DNA of 32,000 bases, from NCBI GenBank assembly GCA_964631135.1, contig CAZVVZ010000002.1, positions 3,333 to 35,332 on the forward strand, given 5' to 3'. The notes under the pieces were generated by a model, which saw only the letters and a list, made by a program, of their open reading frames with translations, was not told the DNA's origin and did not search any database. Source of the stretch: an uncultured Eubacteriales bacterium (GTDB lineage Bacteria > Bacillota > Clostridia > TANB77 > RGIG9151). Position numbers and translations under genes: made by a program. Shown piece by piece: positions 15,378-24,358 of this stretch (the stretch's first letter is position 1; the number at the start of each line of letters is the position of its first letter).

Positions 15378-16388
15378 TTAATCTTGTGTATCAACATCAA
15401 CATCAATGTCATCATCAGGTTCCGTATCATCATTTGGAGCTAATAAATCACTTTCAGCTATTTCCATTATATATTTTCCTCTTTCTTCGCTATAATTAAA
15501 TGAAATAAGTGATTTTTCCAAGGTCTCATCTAGCTGACGTAAATCTGTAGTATATAAAGGAGTGCAATCTTTTAACACTATCCTGTTTTTAACAAGAAGT
15601 TTAAATATCTCAACCAAGTGAGTATCATCTTCTCCAAGTAGCACCAACTGTGGCGGATTATCAAATCCGGAATCACGCATATTATAATACTCATAAAATT
15701 CAGCATATAGCTGCATTTTAGTAACAAACTTTTCTTCCCAACCAGGTTCACGTCTTACAGCCTCAAAAACAAAGTCAACTGTTTTTCCTTCTTTGTTTAA
15801 ACTAACTACCCCGCCGGAAACCTTAAACCTTATGTTCTGTCTTTTCGCCATAAGTACAGGATCAACAACATAATTTTTAAAATACTTAGCCTTCATCATA
15901 TAAGCGATTATAACCTGATTCCCTGCCAGCCTTTTCTTTATTAAATGCACCGGCTTTGTATTATTTGTAGGTACCCATTCTGTTCTTATTTCTCTTGAAT
16001 TTAATAAATATTTTCCTGATTTATCTAAGCAATAAATTCTATAAATTCCATTACCCTCGTCACTCTTAAAATAATATTTTGCAATAGCTCTTGCTTTTAT
16101 CAAATTTTCAAGCCTTGCATTAACTTTATTTTGGTCTTTTATCTCAATTCCCTTCATCTGAAGTAACTGATAAATTTGCCTTGACGTAATGAACTCAAAC
16201 TTACTAATAAGCTCTAGCATTTCAAAATGCAATTCATTAACATACCCCATATCTACCATAAAAACAGCCTGATTTACGTTAGAATACCCGGTCTTGCCAT
16301 CGTAAACTTTCTCTTCATTCGGACGCATCGCAAAAGGTGATTTCGTCGCTTTTACTTCTTTATCATTAATCATAATCATAACCTCCAT
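15378..16388 (-). CDS. hypothetical protein with an N-terminal winged-helix-like segment, resembling the replication-relaxation family (PF13814-like), and an acidic C-terminal tail
   Basis: 336-aa ORF. The GGAGG inside the first codons suggests that the true start is the ATG at 16373 (MINDKEV...). The segment LELISKFEFITSRQIYQLLQ...ARLENLIKARAIAKYYF...IYRIYCLDKSGKYLL follows the wHTH pattern I associate with Replic_Relax proteins. The C-terminus is NDDTEPDDDIDVDVDTQD. The family assignment is from memory and unverified. Confidence 0.45.
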   Translation of the reverse strand: MEVMIMINDKEVKATKSPFAMRPNEEKVYDGKTGYSNVNQAVFMVDMGYVNELHFEMLELISKFEFITSRQIYQLLQMKGIEIKDQNKVNARLENLIKARAIAKYYFKSDEGNGIYRIYCLDKSGKYLLNSREIRTEWVPTNNTKPVHLIKKRLAGNQVIIAYMMKAKYFKNYVVDPVLMAKRQNIRFKVSGGVVSLNKEGKTVDFVFEAVRREPGWEEKFVTKMQLYAEFYEYYNMRDSGFDNPPQLVLLGEDDTHLVEIFKLLVKNRIVLKDCTPLYTTDLRQLDETLEKSLISFNYSEERGKYIMEIAESDLLAPNDDTEPDDDIDVDVDTQD

Positions 16389-16440
16389 TACGCTTCATAA
16401 ATATGAATCGTATATATTATAATAAACTTAAAAAATAATT

Positions 16441-17265
16441 TTAGCCAACAATAACTAATTTAATTTTTTTCTTCTCCGGTATAATTTTCTTTATAAACAC
16501 ACTTACTCTTTGACCATATTCAATTCCGGGCTTATGATCAGCAAGTCCCACCAAATTAGGCCTTAATTCTACAAATATACCATTTTTCTCACGAGCTCTT
16601 GCAATACCAATAACAGTAGTGCCTTCCTTAAAATCCTTTATATTATCTTCCCACGTTCCAAGTAATTCTTTATGGGTAAGCACAATTTTTCCGGTTGTTC
16701 TGTCAAAATTCTTTACCATAACTTTTATCTTATCACCAATTTTAAATCTCTCATTAGGGTGCATAATTCTTGCAACAGATATATCTTCTATATGAAGTAG
16801 CCCGGTAACACCTCCGCCAATATCTACGAAAGCACCGTACTGTTCCATATTTCTCACTATTCCGCTTAAAACCATACCTTCTTTTAAGTTTTTATACATC
16901 CATTCTTTAACTTCTATTTCAACAGCTTTTCTGGATAAAATAACTTCTACATTACCATTCTCATCACGTTTAATTTCTTTAATTTTAAACTGAACTCTTT
17001 TATTAACTTTAGTAATAGATGCAACAGGTCTTGGTAAACCGTCAGCTTCAACAGTTGCGCTAACTTCTGTTCTTGGCACAACTCCTTTTATTCCGTCTAA
17101 ATCAACATAAAGATTGAATTCCGGGTCAGCCATAGTAACTAAGCCTTCTAAAGTTTCATTTTTTTCTTTTGCTTCAGTTAAAAATGCTATCTTTTTTTCC
17201 TGTTCTTCATCATATCCGTTGCCGACTAAGTCCCAGCCCTCAGGCATAAATTTTTGTTCGTCCAT
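16441..17265 (-). CDS. S1 RNA-binding domain protein (multiple S1 repeats)
   Basis: 274 aa. GMVLSGIVRNMEQYGAFVDIGGGVTGLLHIEDIS is a canonical S1 motif. Further S1-like repeats lie on both sides of it. Confidence 0.8.
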   Translation of the reverse strand: MDEQKFMPEGWDLVGNGYDEEQEKKIAFLTEAKEKNETLEGLVTMADPEFNLYVDLDGIKGVVPRTEVSATVEADGLPRPVASITKVNKRVQFKIKEIKRDENGNVEVILSRKAVEIEVKEWMYKNLKEGMVLSGIVRNMEQYGAFVDIGGGVTGLLHIEDISVARIMHPNERFKIGDKIKVMVKNFDRTTGKIVLTHKELLGTWEDNIKDFKEGTTVIGIARAREKNGIFVELRPNLVGLADHKPGIEYGQRVSVFIKKIIPEKKKIKLVIVG

Positions 17266-17414
17266 TATATATTCCTCCTCATATTGAACATCCGTCTTTT
17301 AAGAAATCTTTTTTTGTTATCATAAGCACAAAGTGCAAATGACTAATGAAAACTTTATAATTAAAAAGTCTCCACCACATCACAAAATAATATCGGTAAA
17401 AAATCACAAAATAA

Positions 17415-18113
17415 TTACACTTTATTATTCATTCCCGCATTTATTTTTTCAATAGCTTTCTTTTCAATACGCGACACATAAGAACGTGAAATCCCCAGTT
17501 CTTCTGCAATTTCTTTTTGTGTTTTTTCTTTACTTCCATCTATTCCATAACGCATTTGTATTATTATATTCTCCCTGTCGGTCAAAGTATCCTTCATTAT
17601 TTTCTTTAATTCTTTAATTTTTATTTTTGTTTCTACTGTTTCCACTACTTCTTCCTCATTAGACTCCAATATATCTATAAGCGAAATTGAGTTTCCTTCT
17701 TTATCATGCCCTATAGGTTCGTCTATAGATATCTCACTTTGCACTCGCTTGTTACTCCTTAAGAACATAAGCACTTCATTTTGAACACATTTAGCAGCAT
17801 ACGTTGCAAACCTATGTCCCTTATCCGCATCATATGTAGTTACTGCCTTTATAAGGCCTATTGCACCAATCGATATTAAGTCATCACTATCTCTCCACTG
17901 CAAAGAATATTTTTTCACAACATGAACAACAAGTCGCATATTACGTTCAATCAGAATATTTTTGGCATCTTCATCGCCGGCTTTGTATAAATCGAAATAC
18001 ATTTTTTCTTCTTTCGCAGATAACGGCTTGGGAAAAGCATTTGCTCCTCCCAAATATCCCAAAAAGAAGAAAAAATTGTTCATTATATACCGTATAATGA
18101 CCATAAATATCAT
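17415..18113 (-). CDS. sigK: sporulation sigma factor SigK (pro-sigma-K), uninterrupted
   Basis: NAFPKPLSAKEEKMY, DLISIGAIGLIKAV, PIGHDKEGNSISLIDIL and GISRSYVSRIEKKA match the B. subtilis SigK signature segments better than those of SigE. A hydrophobic pro-sequence is present. I take the ATG at 18113 as the start, with GGAGG 10 nt upstream. The track's GTG at 18122 is less likely. Confidence 0.85.
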   Translation of the reverse strand: MIFMVIIRYIMNNFFFFLGYLGGANAFPKPLSAKEEKMYFDLYKAGDEDAKNILIERNMRLVVHVVKKYSLQWRDSDDLISIGAIGLIKAVTTYDADKGHRFATYAAKCVQNEVLMFLRSNKRVQSEISIDEPIGHDKEGNSISLIDILESNEEEVVETVETKIKIKELKKIMKDTLTDRENIIIQMRYGIDGSKEKTQKEIAEELGISRSYVSRIEKKAIEKINAGMNNKV

Positions 18114-18211
18114 ACAACACACACCTCCACAAAAATTGCATATACTAATATATTCATTTTTGTGTTATTTGTGCATGTACGACAGATGCCTAAAAATATT
18201 CATATTTTATA

Positions 18212-19861
18212 TTACTGCTCAAAATTCTGAAAAGGCATTTCCATAGTAAAAGGCCTAAACTCACCATTAAATTTACTTAAAATATCACTGTTCTTCTCCA
18301 CAACAATAACCTCTTTTGTACTTTTTTCATATAATACCGCACAAAGCATATATAAATAATCCGCCGGTGTTTTATTAACTTCCTTTCCCACACTTTCAAA
18401 AATCTTTTTTGCCATCTTATTAAGCAGCGGAGCCTCAGTAAGACGAGAAAGCCTTATAAAATTCATAGCCACAACAGAATTAACTGATGGGATAGCCCCA
18501 TCATAAGTTTCTTTAGGATTTATTATAAGTTTTTCACTACTCTTGCTGTAAAATAAAATTCCATCATTCGTATCATCCCAAAAGTTTTCTATAATTTTCT
18601 CATTTAACTTCACCGCATCGTCTAAATATTTATCTTCATAAGTCGCTTGATAAAGCTCGATAAGCCCCCAAACAAAAAAAGAATAATCTGTAGAATAAGC
18701 ATTTCCAAAAGAATTTCCTTTTATATAATATGAACTTAAAGTACCGTCACTTTTATATAAATGCTCTAATATAAAATCTGTTGCATCTTTCGCAATAACA
18801 ATATATTTAGGCTCCTCCAAAACTTTTCCTGCCATAGCAAAAGCAGCAATAGCCAAGCCGTTCCAGCCTACAGATATTTTTTCATCAATAAATGGTAGTT
18901 TACCATTTACTGATTCAGAATCCTCAGCAGAATAAAATCCTCCTTCTGCCGATAGTAACTTCTTTTTTATATAGCCCAATGTTTCTTCTACAACATTTTT
19001 GTAGATATCCTTCTGAATAACCTCATAAGCTTCTAAAAATGCCATCGCCATCAGTGCATTTGTATATAGCATCTTTTCATAATGCGGATTATTCCATGAT
19101 ACTGTCGTAGCATACCTAAAAAATCCTCCATTACTCTTATCACAAATTTCCCCGTTTTGTATATGATCTAATGTCTTTTCTACCATATATAATGCATATT
19201 CATCACGATATAAATACCAATATCTGAGCAGAAAGAAAATTTGCTGAGCTAAGGGAAACTTAGGAGCTCCTCCAAAGCCACCAAAACTATTATCAAAAAT
19301 TGACTTCATAATCCATAATGCATCTTGTGAAGCCTTATCACTGATTTCCTCTTTAATAAACTTTTTAGAATTAAGAGCTTCTGTAACTTCTCCAGCCACT
19401 GCTTCAATTTCACTTCTTTCATTTAACCACGAATTTCTAAGCTGCTGTAAAACAGATAAAAAATCTTGACTTCCGTGTTCTTTTTTTATCGGGAAATAAG
19501 TTCCCACAAAAAAAGGCTCTCTTTTCGGTGTAAGGAAAATATTAAGTGGCCATCCGGCACTTTCAGACATGCAAAGTGCCGCTTCCATATAAACAAGATC
19601 TATATCCGGTCTTTCCTCTCTGTCTACTTTAATACAAACAAAATACTCATTTAAATATTTTGCTATTTTCTCATCATTAAAAGCCTCTCTCGCCATTTTA
19701 TGGCACCAATAGCAGGTAGAATACCCTATACTAAGCAATATAGGTTTATCCTCCTTTTCAGCTTTAGAAAAAGCATCTTCTCCCCACGGGAACCAATCAA
19801 TAGGATTATCTGCATGTTGCAGCAAATACGGCGACTTTTCTTTATACAATAAATTAGGCAT
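18212..19861 (-). CDS. thioredoxin-domain protein of the DUF255/YyaL family (N-acylglucosamine-epimerase-like alpha/alpha barrel)
   Basis: 549 aa. The N-terminus reads [22 protein letters not shown]...[15 protein letters not shown]...[10 protein letters not shown]. It is shorter than the ~690 aa I recall for B. subtilis YyaL. Confidence 0.8.
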   Translation of the reverse strand: MPNLLYKEKSPYLLQHADNPIDWFPWGEDAFSKAEKEDKPILLSIGYSTCYWCHKMAREAFNDEKIAKYLNEYFVCIKVDREERPDIDLVYMEAALCMSESAGWPLNIFLTPKREPFFVGTYFPIKKEHGSQDFLSVLQQLRNSWLNERSEIEAVAGEVTEALNSKKFIKEEISDKASQDALWIMKSIFDNSFGGFGGAPKFPLAQQIFFLLRYWYLYRDEYALYMVEKTLDHIQNGEICDKSNGGFFRYATTVSWNNPHYEKMLYTNALMAMAFLEAYEVIQKDIYKNVVEETLGYIKKKLLSAEGGFYSAEDSESVNGKLPFIDEKISVGWNGLAIAAFAMAGKVLEEPKYIVIAKDATDFILEHLYKSDGTLSSYYIKGNSFGNAYSTDYSFFVWGLIELYQATYEDKYLDDAVKLNEKIIENFWDDTNDGILFYSKSSEKLIINPKETYDGAIPSVNSVVAMNFIRLSRLTEAPLLNKMAKKIFESVGKEVNKTPADYLYMLCAVLYEKSTKEVIVVEKNSDILSKFNGEFRPFTMEMPFQNFEQ

Positions 19862-19903
19862 ACTTTTTCACCTCAAAAAAAGTATGCCCAAATTTTATTT
19901 TTT

Positions 19904-21232
19904 CTATAACCTTATCTTTGTTAAACAGCATATAAAAAAGCCATCACACCCATGCATATTAGGCAATAACGATAACATTCCGTCTTTAAGACCATTCTCC
20001 CACTCTTTAGGAATTAGAGTTGCATCAGTAATAACCTTAAAATTACTGTTTTTATTTAAAAACCATCTTATGGTGTCTTGATTCTCCTTAAAAATATTAG
20101 TACAAGTACTATAAACTAATATACCGCCCACCTTTAAATACCGAGCAGCATTTTCTAATATTTTCTTTTGAACTTCATTTATTTTTTCAATATCCTCTTC
20201 TGCAATATTAAACTTAATATCCGGCTTTTTCCTAATAACTCCTAGCCCCGAACAAGGAACATCTGCAATAATTCTATCAAACTTATTAACAAACTCTTCA
20301 CTGAATTCTGTAGCATCTTTTATTTTAGTCTTTATAGAATAAATTCCAAGCCTTTTTGCTGTTTCTTCTATAAGCTTTACCCTTTTAGGGTATAAATCCA
20401 TAGCGATTATATTAGCATTATCATTGACAAGCTGAGCAACGTGTGTAGTTTTTCCTCCCGGTGCTGCACATATATCTAATATTTCTTGACCTTCTTCAGG
20501 CTTTAATAAATGTGCCACAAGTGCCGGTGCCTCATCTTGTAACGTTATTAAGCCATTTTTAAACTCCGTAGAATTTATTATGCTTTTTACGTCAGTAGTA
20601 TAAAAAATGTCATTCAATTTACCATAATTACATTCTGTAAACTTCTTTAATATTTCTTCTCTTGAAATTTTTAATGTGTTAACCCTAACACAATCAAAAT
20701 CCACCTTCTCATTAGCCTTTAATAAAGTTTTAGTATTCTCTTTTCCAAACTGCTTTATCCATACATCAATAATCCATCTAGGATAAGAATAATACACAGA
20801 TAAGTACTCTTCTACATTATCTATTCCTTTAAAAAACTCATTTTTATCAGTTCTAGATGCATTTCTTAGCATAGCATTAACAAAATTAGCAGAAGAAACA
20901 TGTCCATACTTTTTCGCAAGTTTAACTGCTTCATTGCATGTCGCAGCCGCAGGAATCTTATCTAAATAATATATCTGAAATATTCCCAGCCTCAAAATAT
21001 TAAGAATAGGATTCGCTATTTTATTAAATCTTACCTTAGAAGATTTTTTTATAATATAGTCTATCGCTAATTTATTTGCAATAACACCATAGACGAGCTG
21101 AGTAACAAACGTTTTATCCACGTCGCTTAGCTCTGACTTATTAAGTTCACTATTCAATAATATATTAGAAAATGCCTTGTCATTCTGGGACTTCATAAGA
21201 ATGTGCAAAGCAAGCTCACGAGCATTTTGCAT
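19904..21232 (-). CDS. rsmB: 16S rRNA (cytosine967-C5)-methyltransferase
   Basis: 442 aa with an N-terminal NusB-like domain. The SAM motif is DICAAPGGKTTH, and the catalytic motifs are DVPCSGLGVIRKKPD and YSTCT. Confidence 0.9.
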   Translation of the reverse strand: MQNARELALHILMKSQNDKAFSNILLNSELNKSELSDVDKTFVTQLVYGVIANKLAIDYIIKKSSKVRFNKIANPILNILRLGIFQIYYLDKIPAAATCNEAVKLAKKYGHVSSANFVNAMLRNASRTDKNEFFKGIDNVEEYLSVYYSYPRWIIDVWIKQFGKENTKTLLKANEKVDFDCVRVNTLKISREEILKKFTECNYGKLNDIFYTTDVKSIINSTEFKNGLITLQDEAPALVAHLLKPEEGQEILDICAAPGGKTTHVAQLVNDNANIIAMDLYPKRVKLIEETAKRLGIYSIKTKIKDATEFSEEFVNKFDRIIADVPCSGLGVIRKKPDIKFNIAEEDIEKINEVQKKILENAARYLKVGGILVYSTCTNIFKENQDTIRWFLNKNSNFKVITDATLIPKEWENGLKDGMLSLLPNMHGCDGFFICCLTKIRL

Positions 21233-21246
21233 GTTATATTCCTCTC

Positions 21247-22413
21247 CTAATACGAATTGTCTATCTGTACAACAACATTATATCTTTTATCTTTACTTTT
21301 TATTTTTCCCTCTAAAATATCTAATACTGCTTTTCTTTCACTGGCCTTCATTTCAATCGGAACTACAAGGTCAAAAATCAAATTGATACTGTTTTCTCCG
21401 TCTACCATTCTAAAATCGTGTATAGAAAATTTAGGATTTATTTCAGTGACTATATTATTTACCATATCTCTTGCATTATTAGTTTTCTCACAATTAAGAG
21501 AAATCGGATCCATATGAATTACAAGTAAAACACCAAACTTCTCTAAAACACTCTTTTCTAAATCATCTATCACTTCATGGATTTTTACAATATTAACATT
21601 GTCCGGTACCTCTGCATGAAGAGAAGCAATTACCACACCCGGTCCATAATCATGAGCCATAAAATCATGAACTCCGACTACTCCATCTGCCGACATAACA
21701 AAATCTGTTATTTGTTTAATCAATTCTCTGGAAGGTGGCTCACCAATAAGTCTCCCTATTATTTCCTTTGCAACATTTATACCCGCATAAATAATTAAAA
21801 TAGACACTAATACCCCCATTATTCCATCAACGGGGAAAGCTATGAATCGCCCTATAAGCACAGAGAAAATGACAGCTCCTGTAGATATACAATCGTTCAA
21901 ACTATCTACAGCAGTTGTTTTCATAACACTAGAATTTATTTTCTCGCCAATAAATTTATTGTATGAATACATCCAAACTTTTACTAAAACCGATACACAT
22001 AAAATAATAAGAAGAATAGGGCTAAACTGTAAAGCTTCCGGATTAAATATTTTATCCACAGAAGTTTTTAGTAGCTCTATTCCAACTAATATTATGATAA
22101 AAGAAACTATCATGGTAGAAATGTACTCAATTCTACCGTGTCCATAAGGATGCTCTCTATCCGCCTGCCTGTTGCTCATCTTCGAACTAATAATAGTTAC
22201 AGCAGATGATGCCATATCAGATAAGTTATTAAAAGCATCCGATATTATCGCAATACTATTCATTATCATGCCTATCACTAGTTTTAATATGAATAAAAAT
22301 AAATTACAAAAAATTCCCAGTGAACCCGAAAGCACTCCGTATTGCTCACGTACGTTCCTATCTGAAACATTTTCATAATTCTTAATAAATTTTTTAATTA
22401 AAAAATCAATCAT
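21247..22413 (-). CDS. cation diffusion facilitator (CDF) family transporter
   Basis: 388 aa with six predicted TM segments. It contains SDAFNNLSD and HPYGHGRIE motifs and a C-terminal cytoplasmic domain. Confidence 0.85.
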   Translation of the reverse strand: MIDFLIKKFIKNYENVSDRNVREQYGVLSGSLGIFCNLFLFILKLVIGMIMNSIAIISDAFNNLSDMASSAVTIISSKMSNRQADREHPYGHGRIEYISTMIVSFIIILVGIELLKTSVDKIFNPEALQFSPILLIILCVSVLVKVWMYSYNKFIGEKINSSVMKTTAVDSLNDCISTGAVIFSVLIGRFIAFPVDGIMGVLVSILIIYAGINVAKEIIGRLIGEPPSRELIKQITDFVMSADGVVGVHDFMAHDYGPGVVIASLHAEVPDNVNIVKIHEVIDDLEKSVLEKFGVLLVIHMDPISLNCEKTNNARDMVNNIVTEINPKFSIHDFRMVDGENSINLIFDLVVPIEMKASERKAVLDILEGKIKSKDKRYNVVVQIDNSY

Positions 22414-22459
22414 AATATAATCTCCAATTATCCGTCAGGCTTATTTAAAATTCAGTCAA

Positions 22460-22540
22460 TATCAGACATAAATAAAATATATGTTTTATTTATGTCTGAG
22501 TAGCAGCCTAATCAGGCTCTTAAAAATAATATGTATGTTT
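22460..22540. repeat. intergenic palindromic-element family, copy D (minimal/degenerate: outer stem only, plus a second truncated stem fragment)
   Basis: TCAGACATAAATAAAA-TATATG-TTTTATTTATGTCTGA (22460..22497) is a 16-bp stem carrying the family's TCAGA and AATAAAATATATGTTTTA features, but both inner arms are missing. GTAGCAGCC follows, and then AAAATAATATGTATGTTTTA (22521..22540) runs into the upstream stop codon. Confidence 0.55.
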
Positions 22541-24105
22541 TAATATGTAATTGTAACAGTTCCGGTAGTCGCATTCCAAATAACACTTCCGCCCAAATTG
22601 TCCATTACAAATTTAATCGGAAGCATTGTTCTGCCATTTATTGATGTTGGTGCAACATCTAACCATTTTTGCTCTCCATTAACATATGCTAAAGCACTAT
22701 CTAAAGTTAAATAAATATTATTATTATCTAAAGTTATATTTACTCCCCTAGCTGCTTCATTCCAAATAACACTCCCGCCTAAAGACTCAATAACTGCTCT
22801 TATAGGTAACATTGTCCTATTGTTTAATATAACAGGAGCAGTAGCCCTATCTCCATCTATTGAAACTTTCTGGCCATTTACAAGCATATATGGGTTATTT
22901 ATTTCAAGAACTATATTAGTTTTACTATAAGTATTACCTGTTTCTACTAAAAAGCTGTAATCTTCATTTGAATAGTTTCTCGAACTAACCTTAAAATAAT
23001 ACTCACCCGTTGAAACTTCTTGAGTAGATCCACTTACAAAGTTTGTTAAAGTGCCGGAAGAAAATGTTTCACTTTTTAGTTGCTTCAATGTTCCATTTTC
23101 ATTTTTATAAGTAACAACCGTGTACTTTGCTCCCTCAGGCACGTTCATTTTTATAGTAAACTTATTGCTGTTCCAAATATCAGTTCTGTAATAATCCACA
23201 TCACTACTTGAATTCAAATTGCCAATATATTCAATATTTGTTGTAATTTCATTTGCATTTCTAGGCTCGTCATTATACTCTTTCTCATAGTATCCGTATG
23301 TGTTCCCCAAAAACTTCACGCAAAACGTATAATCCTCATTAGAAAATTTACTTCCGTTTCTGCTTATCTTAAAATAATAATTTCCTTCCGGTATTCTCAT
23401 TCTCCCTGAAGTTGCAAAATAAGTATCTGAATTTTGGTTAAGCTTAGCTTCATATTTTGTACTCTTTAAAGATTTCAGCGAACCATTATTCTCAGAATAT
23501 GTTTCAATATTATAAACAGCCTCATTATCAAACTCCAACGTAGTATAAAGCTCACCGTTAGAAGGAATTTCAACCATATAATAGTCAACATCGCTGGTAG
23601 ACTCCAAATTGCCAATTATATTTCTGTTATAATCGATAAGCATAGCTGTTTTTGCATCATTATTCGGCTCTTTTTCATATCGATCACCGGATTCTTCATC
23701 ATATATAACTTCTAGTTCGTATTCCTCATCACAAAAAGAGCTATAACCATCACAAGTAACCTGAATCTGATAATTTCCCTTAGCAATTCTAATCTTATTT
23801 CCGGTCTGCTCGTATCTTCCGGTAGACGTATTAACACTGGACTTAAATGTTGTGGTCTGAAGTGTCTTTTCTGTCTTTGTATTTACCAATTTTACGTTAT
23901 ATGAACCTTCCACATCAAATTCAAACTTTATTTGTAAGCTTCCCGGATCTGAAAGTGAAAAATTAAAATAATCCACTTCACCCTTTTCAGATATTTCATC
24001 TTCAATTAGTTTATTAACCTTAATTGTTTTACTCGTACCTTCTTTCGCTAAAGATACAGAAAATAGTAAACAAAACGTAAAAAAAGCAATTAAAATTTTC
24101 TTCAT
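22540..24105 (-). CDS. secreted protein: three pre-peptidase-C-terminal (PPC)-like domains plus two C-terminal copper-amine-oxidase-N-like repeats
   Basis: I take the ATG at 24105 as the start (MKKILIAFFTFCLLFSVSLA signal peptide, GAGGGAGAG RBS). The track's start at 24141 would overlap the predicted -10. There are three repeats containing E.EPN(D/N)....A and DVDYY motifs. The C-terminus contains NNRTMLPIRAVIESLGGSVIWN and INGRTMLPIKFVMDNLGGSVIWN. Confidence 0.75.
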   Translation of the reverse strand: MKKILIAFFTFCLLFSVSLAKEGTSKTIKVNKLIEDEISEKGEVDYFNFSLSDPGSLQIKFEFDVEGSYNVKLVNTKTEKTLQTTTFKSSVNTSTGRYEQTGNKIRIAKGNYQIQVTCDGYSSFCDEEYELEVIYDEESGDRYEKEPNNDAKTAMLIDYNRNIIGNLESTSDVDYYMVEIPSNGELYTTLEFDNEAVYNIETYSENNGSLKSLKSTKYEAKLNQNSDTYFATSGRMRIPEGNYYFKISRNGSKFSNEDYTFCVKFLGNTYGYYEKEYNDEPRNANEITTNIEYIGNLNSSSDVDYYRTDIWNSNKFTIKMNVPEGAKYTVVTYKNENGTLKQLKSETFSSGTLTNFVSGSTQEVSTGEYYFKVSSRNYSNEDYSFLVETGNTYSKTNIVLEINNPYMLVNGQKVSIDGDRATAPVILNNRTMLPIRAVIESLGGSVIWNEAARGVNITLDNNNIYLTLDSALAYVNGEQKWLDVAPTSINGRTMLPIKFVMDNLGGSVIWNATTGTVTITY

Positions 24106-24139
24106 AATTCTCTCCCTCGCATTAACATAATTCATATAC

Positions 24140-24168
24140 ATTGTACTACATTAAGATAAAAATTGCAA
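24140..24168 (-). promoter_or_regulatory. sigma-A promoter for the PPC-domain protein gene
   Basis: The minus strand reads TTGCAA (24168..24163), a 17-nt spacer, then TACAAT (24145..24140). Confidence 0.55.
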
Positions 24169-24193
24169 TGATTCAAGCAAGAATTTTGAATTC

Positions 24194-24358
24194 CACCTGC
24201 CAGCCAAAGTACTAGTATATGAAAATAATATATATGTTTTATCGGGACTCAGGATTTGCGACGAAAAACTTTAAAAAATGTGGGAAGTCTTTCGGCAAAT
24301 ATTCGTTCCTTTTAAAACATATATATTATTTTCATATACTAGTGCTCTGACTAATAAC
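24194..24358 (+). repeat. intergenic palindromic-element family, copy E (full hairpin)
   Basis: A perfect 31-bp outer stem pairs 24211..24241 with 24313..24343. Arm X is at 24236..24272 and arm Y, reverse-complemented, is at 24285..24318. The right terminal module is CTCTGACTAATAAC (ending at 24358) and the left flank is CACCTGCCAGCCAA. The copy ends 12 nt after the deoD stop codon. Confidence 0.85.

Noticed and set aside
15068-17414. A prophage, ICE or genomic island around the replication-relaxation-like gene.
   Set aside because: There is no integrase, relaxase, coupling protein, tRNA or att-like repeat. The neighbours are ordinary chromosomal genes and I see no obvious compositional shift by eye.
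17415-18122. A skin-type interruption or pseudogenisation of sigK.
   Set aside because: The ORF is continuous from the pro-sequence through region 4 (GISRSYVSRIEKKA) with no frameshift or insertion.
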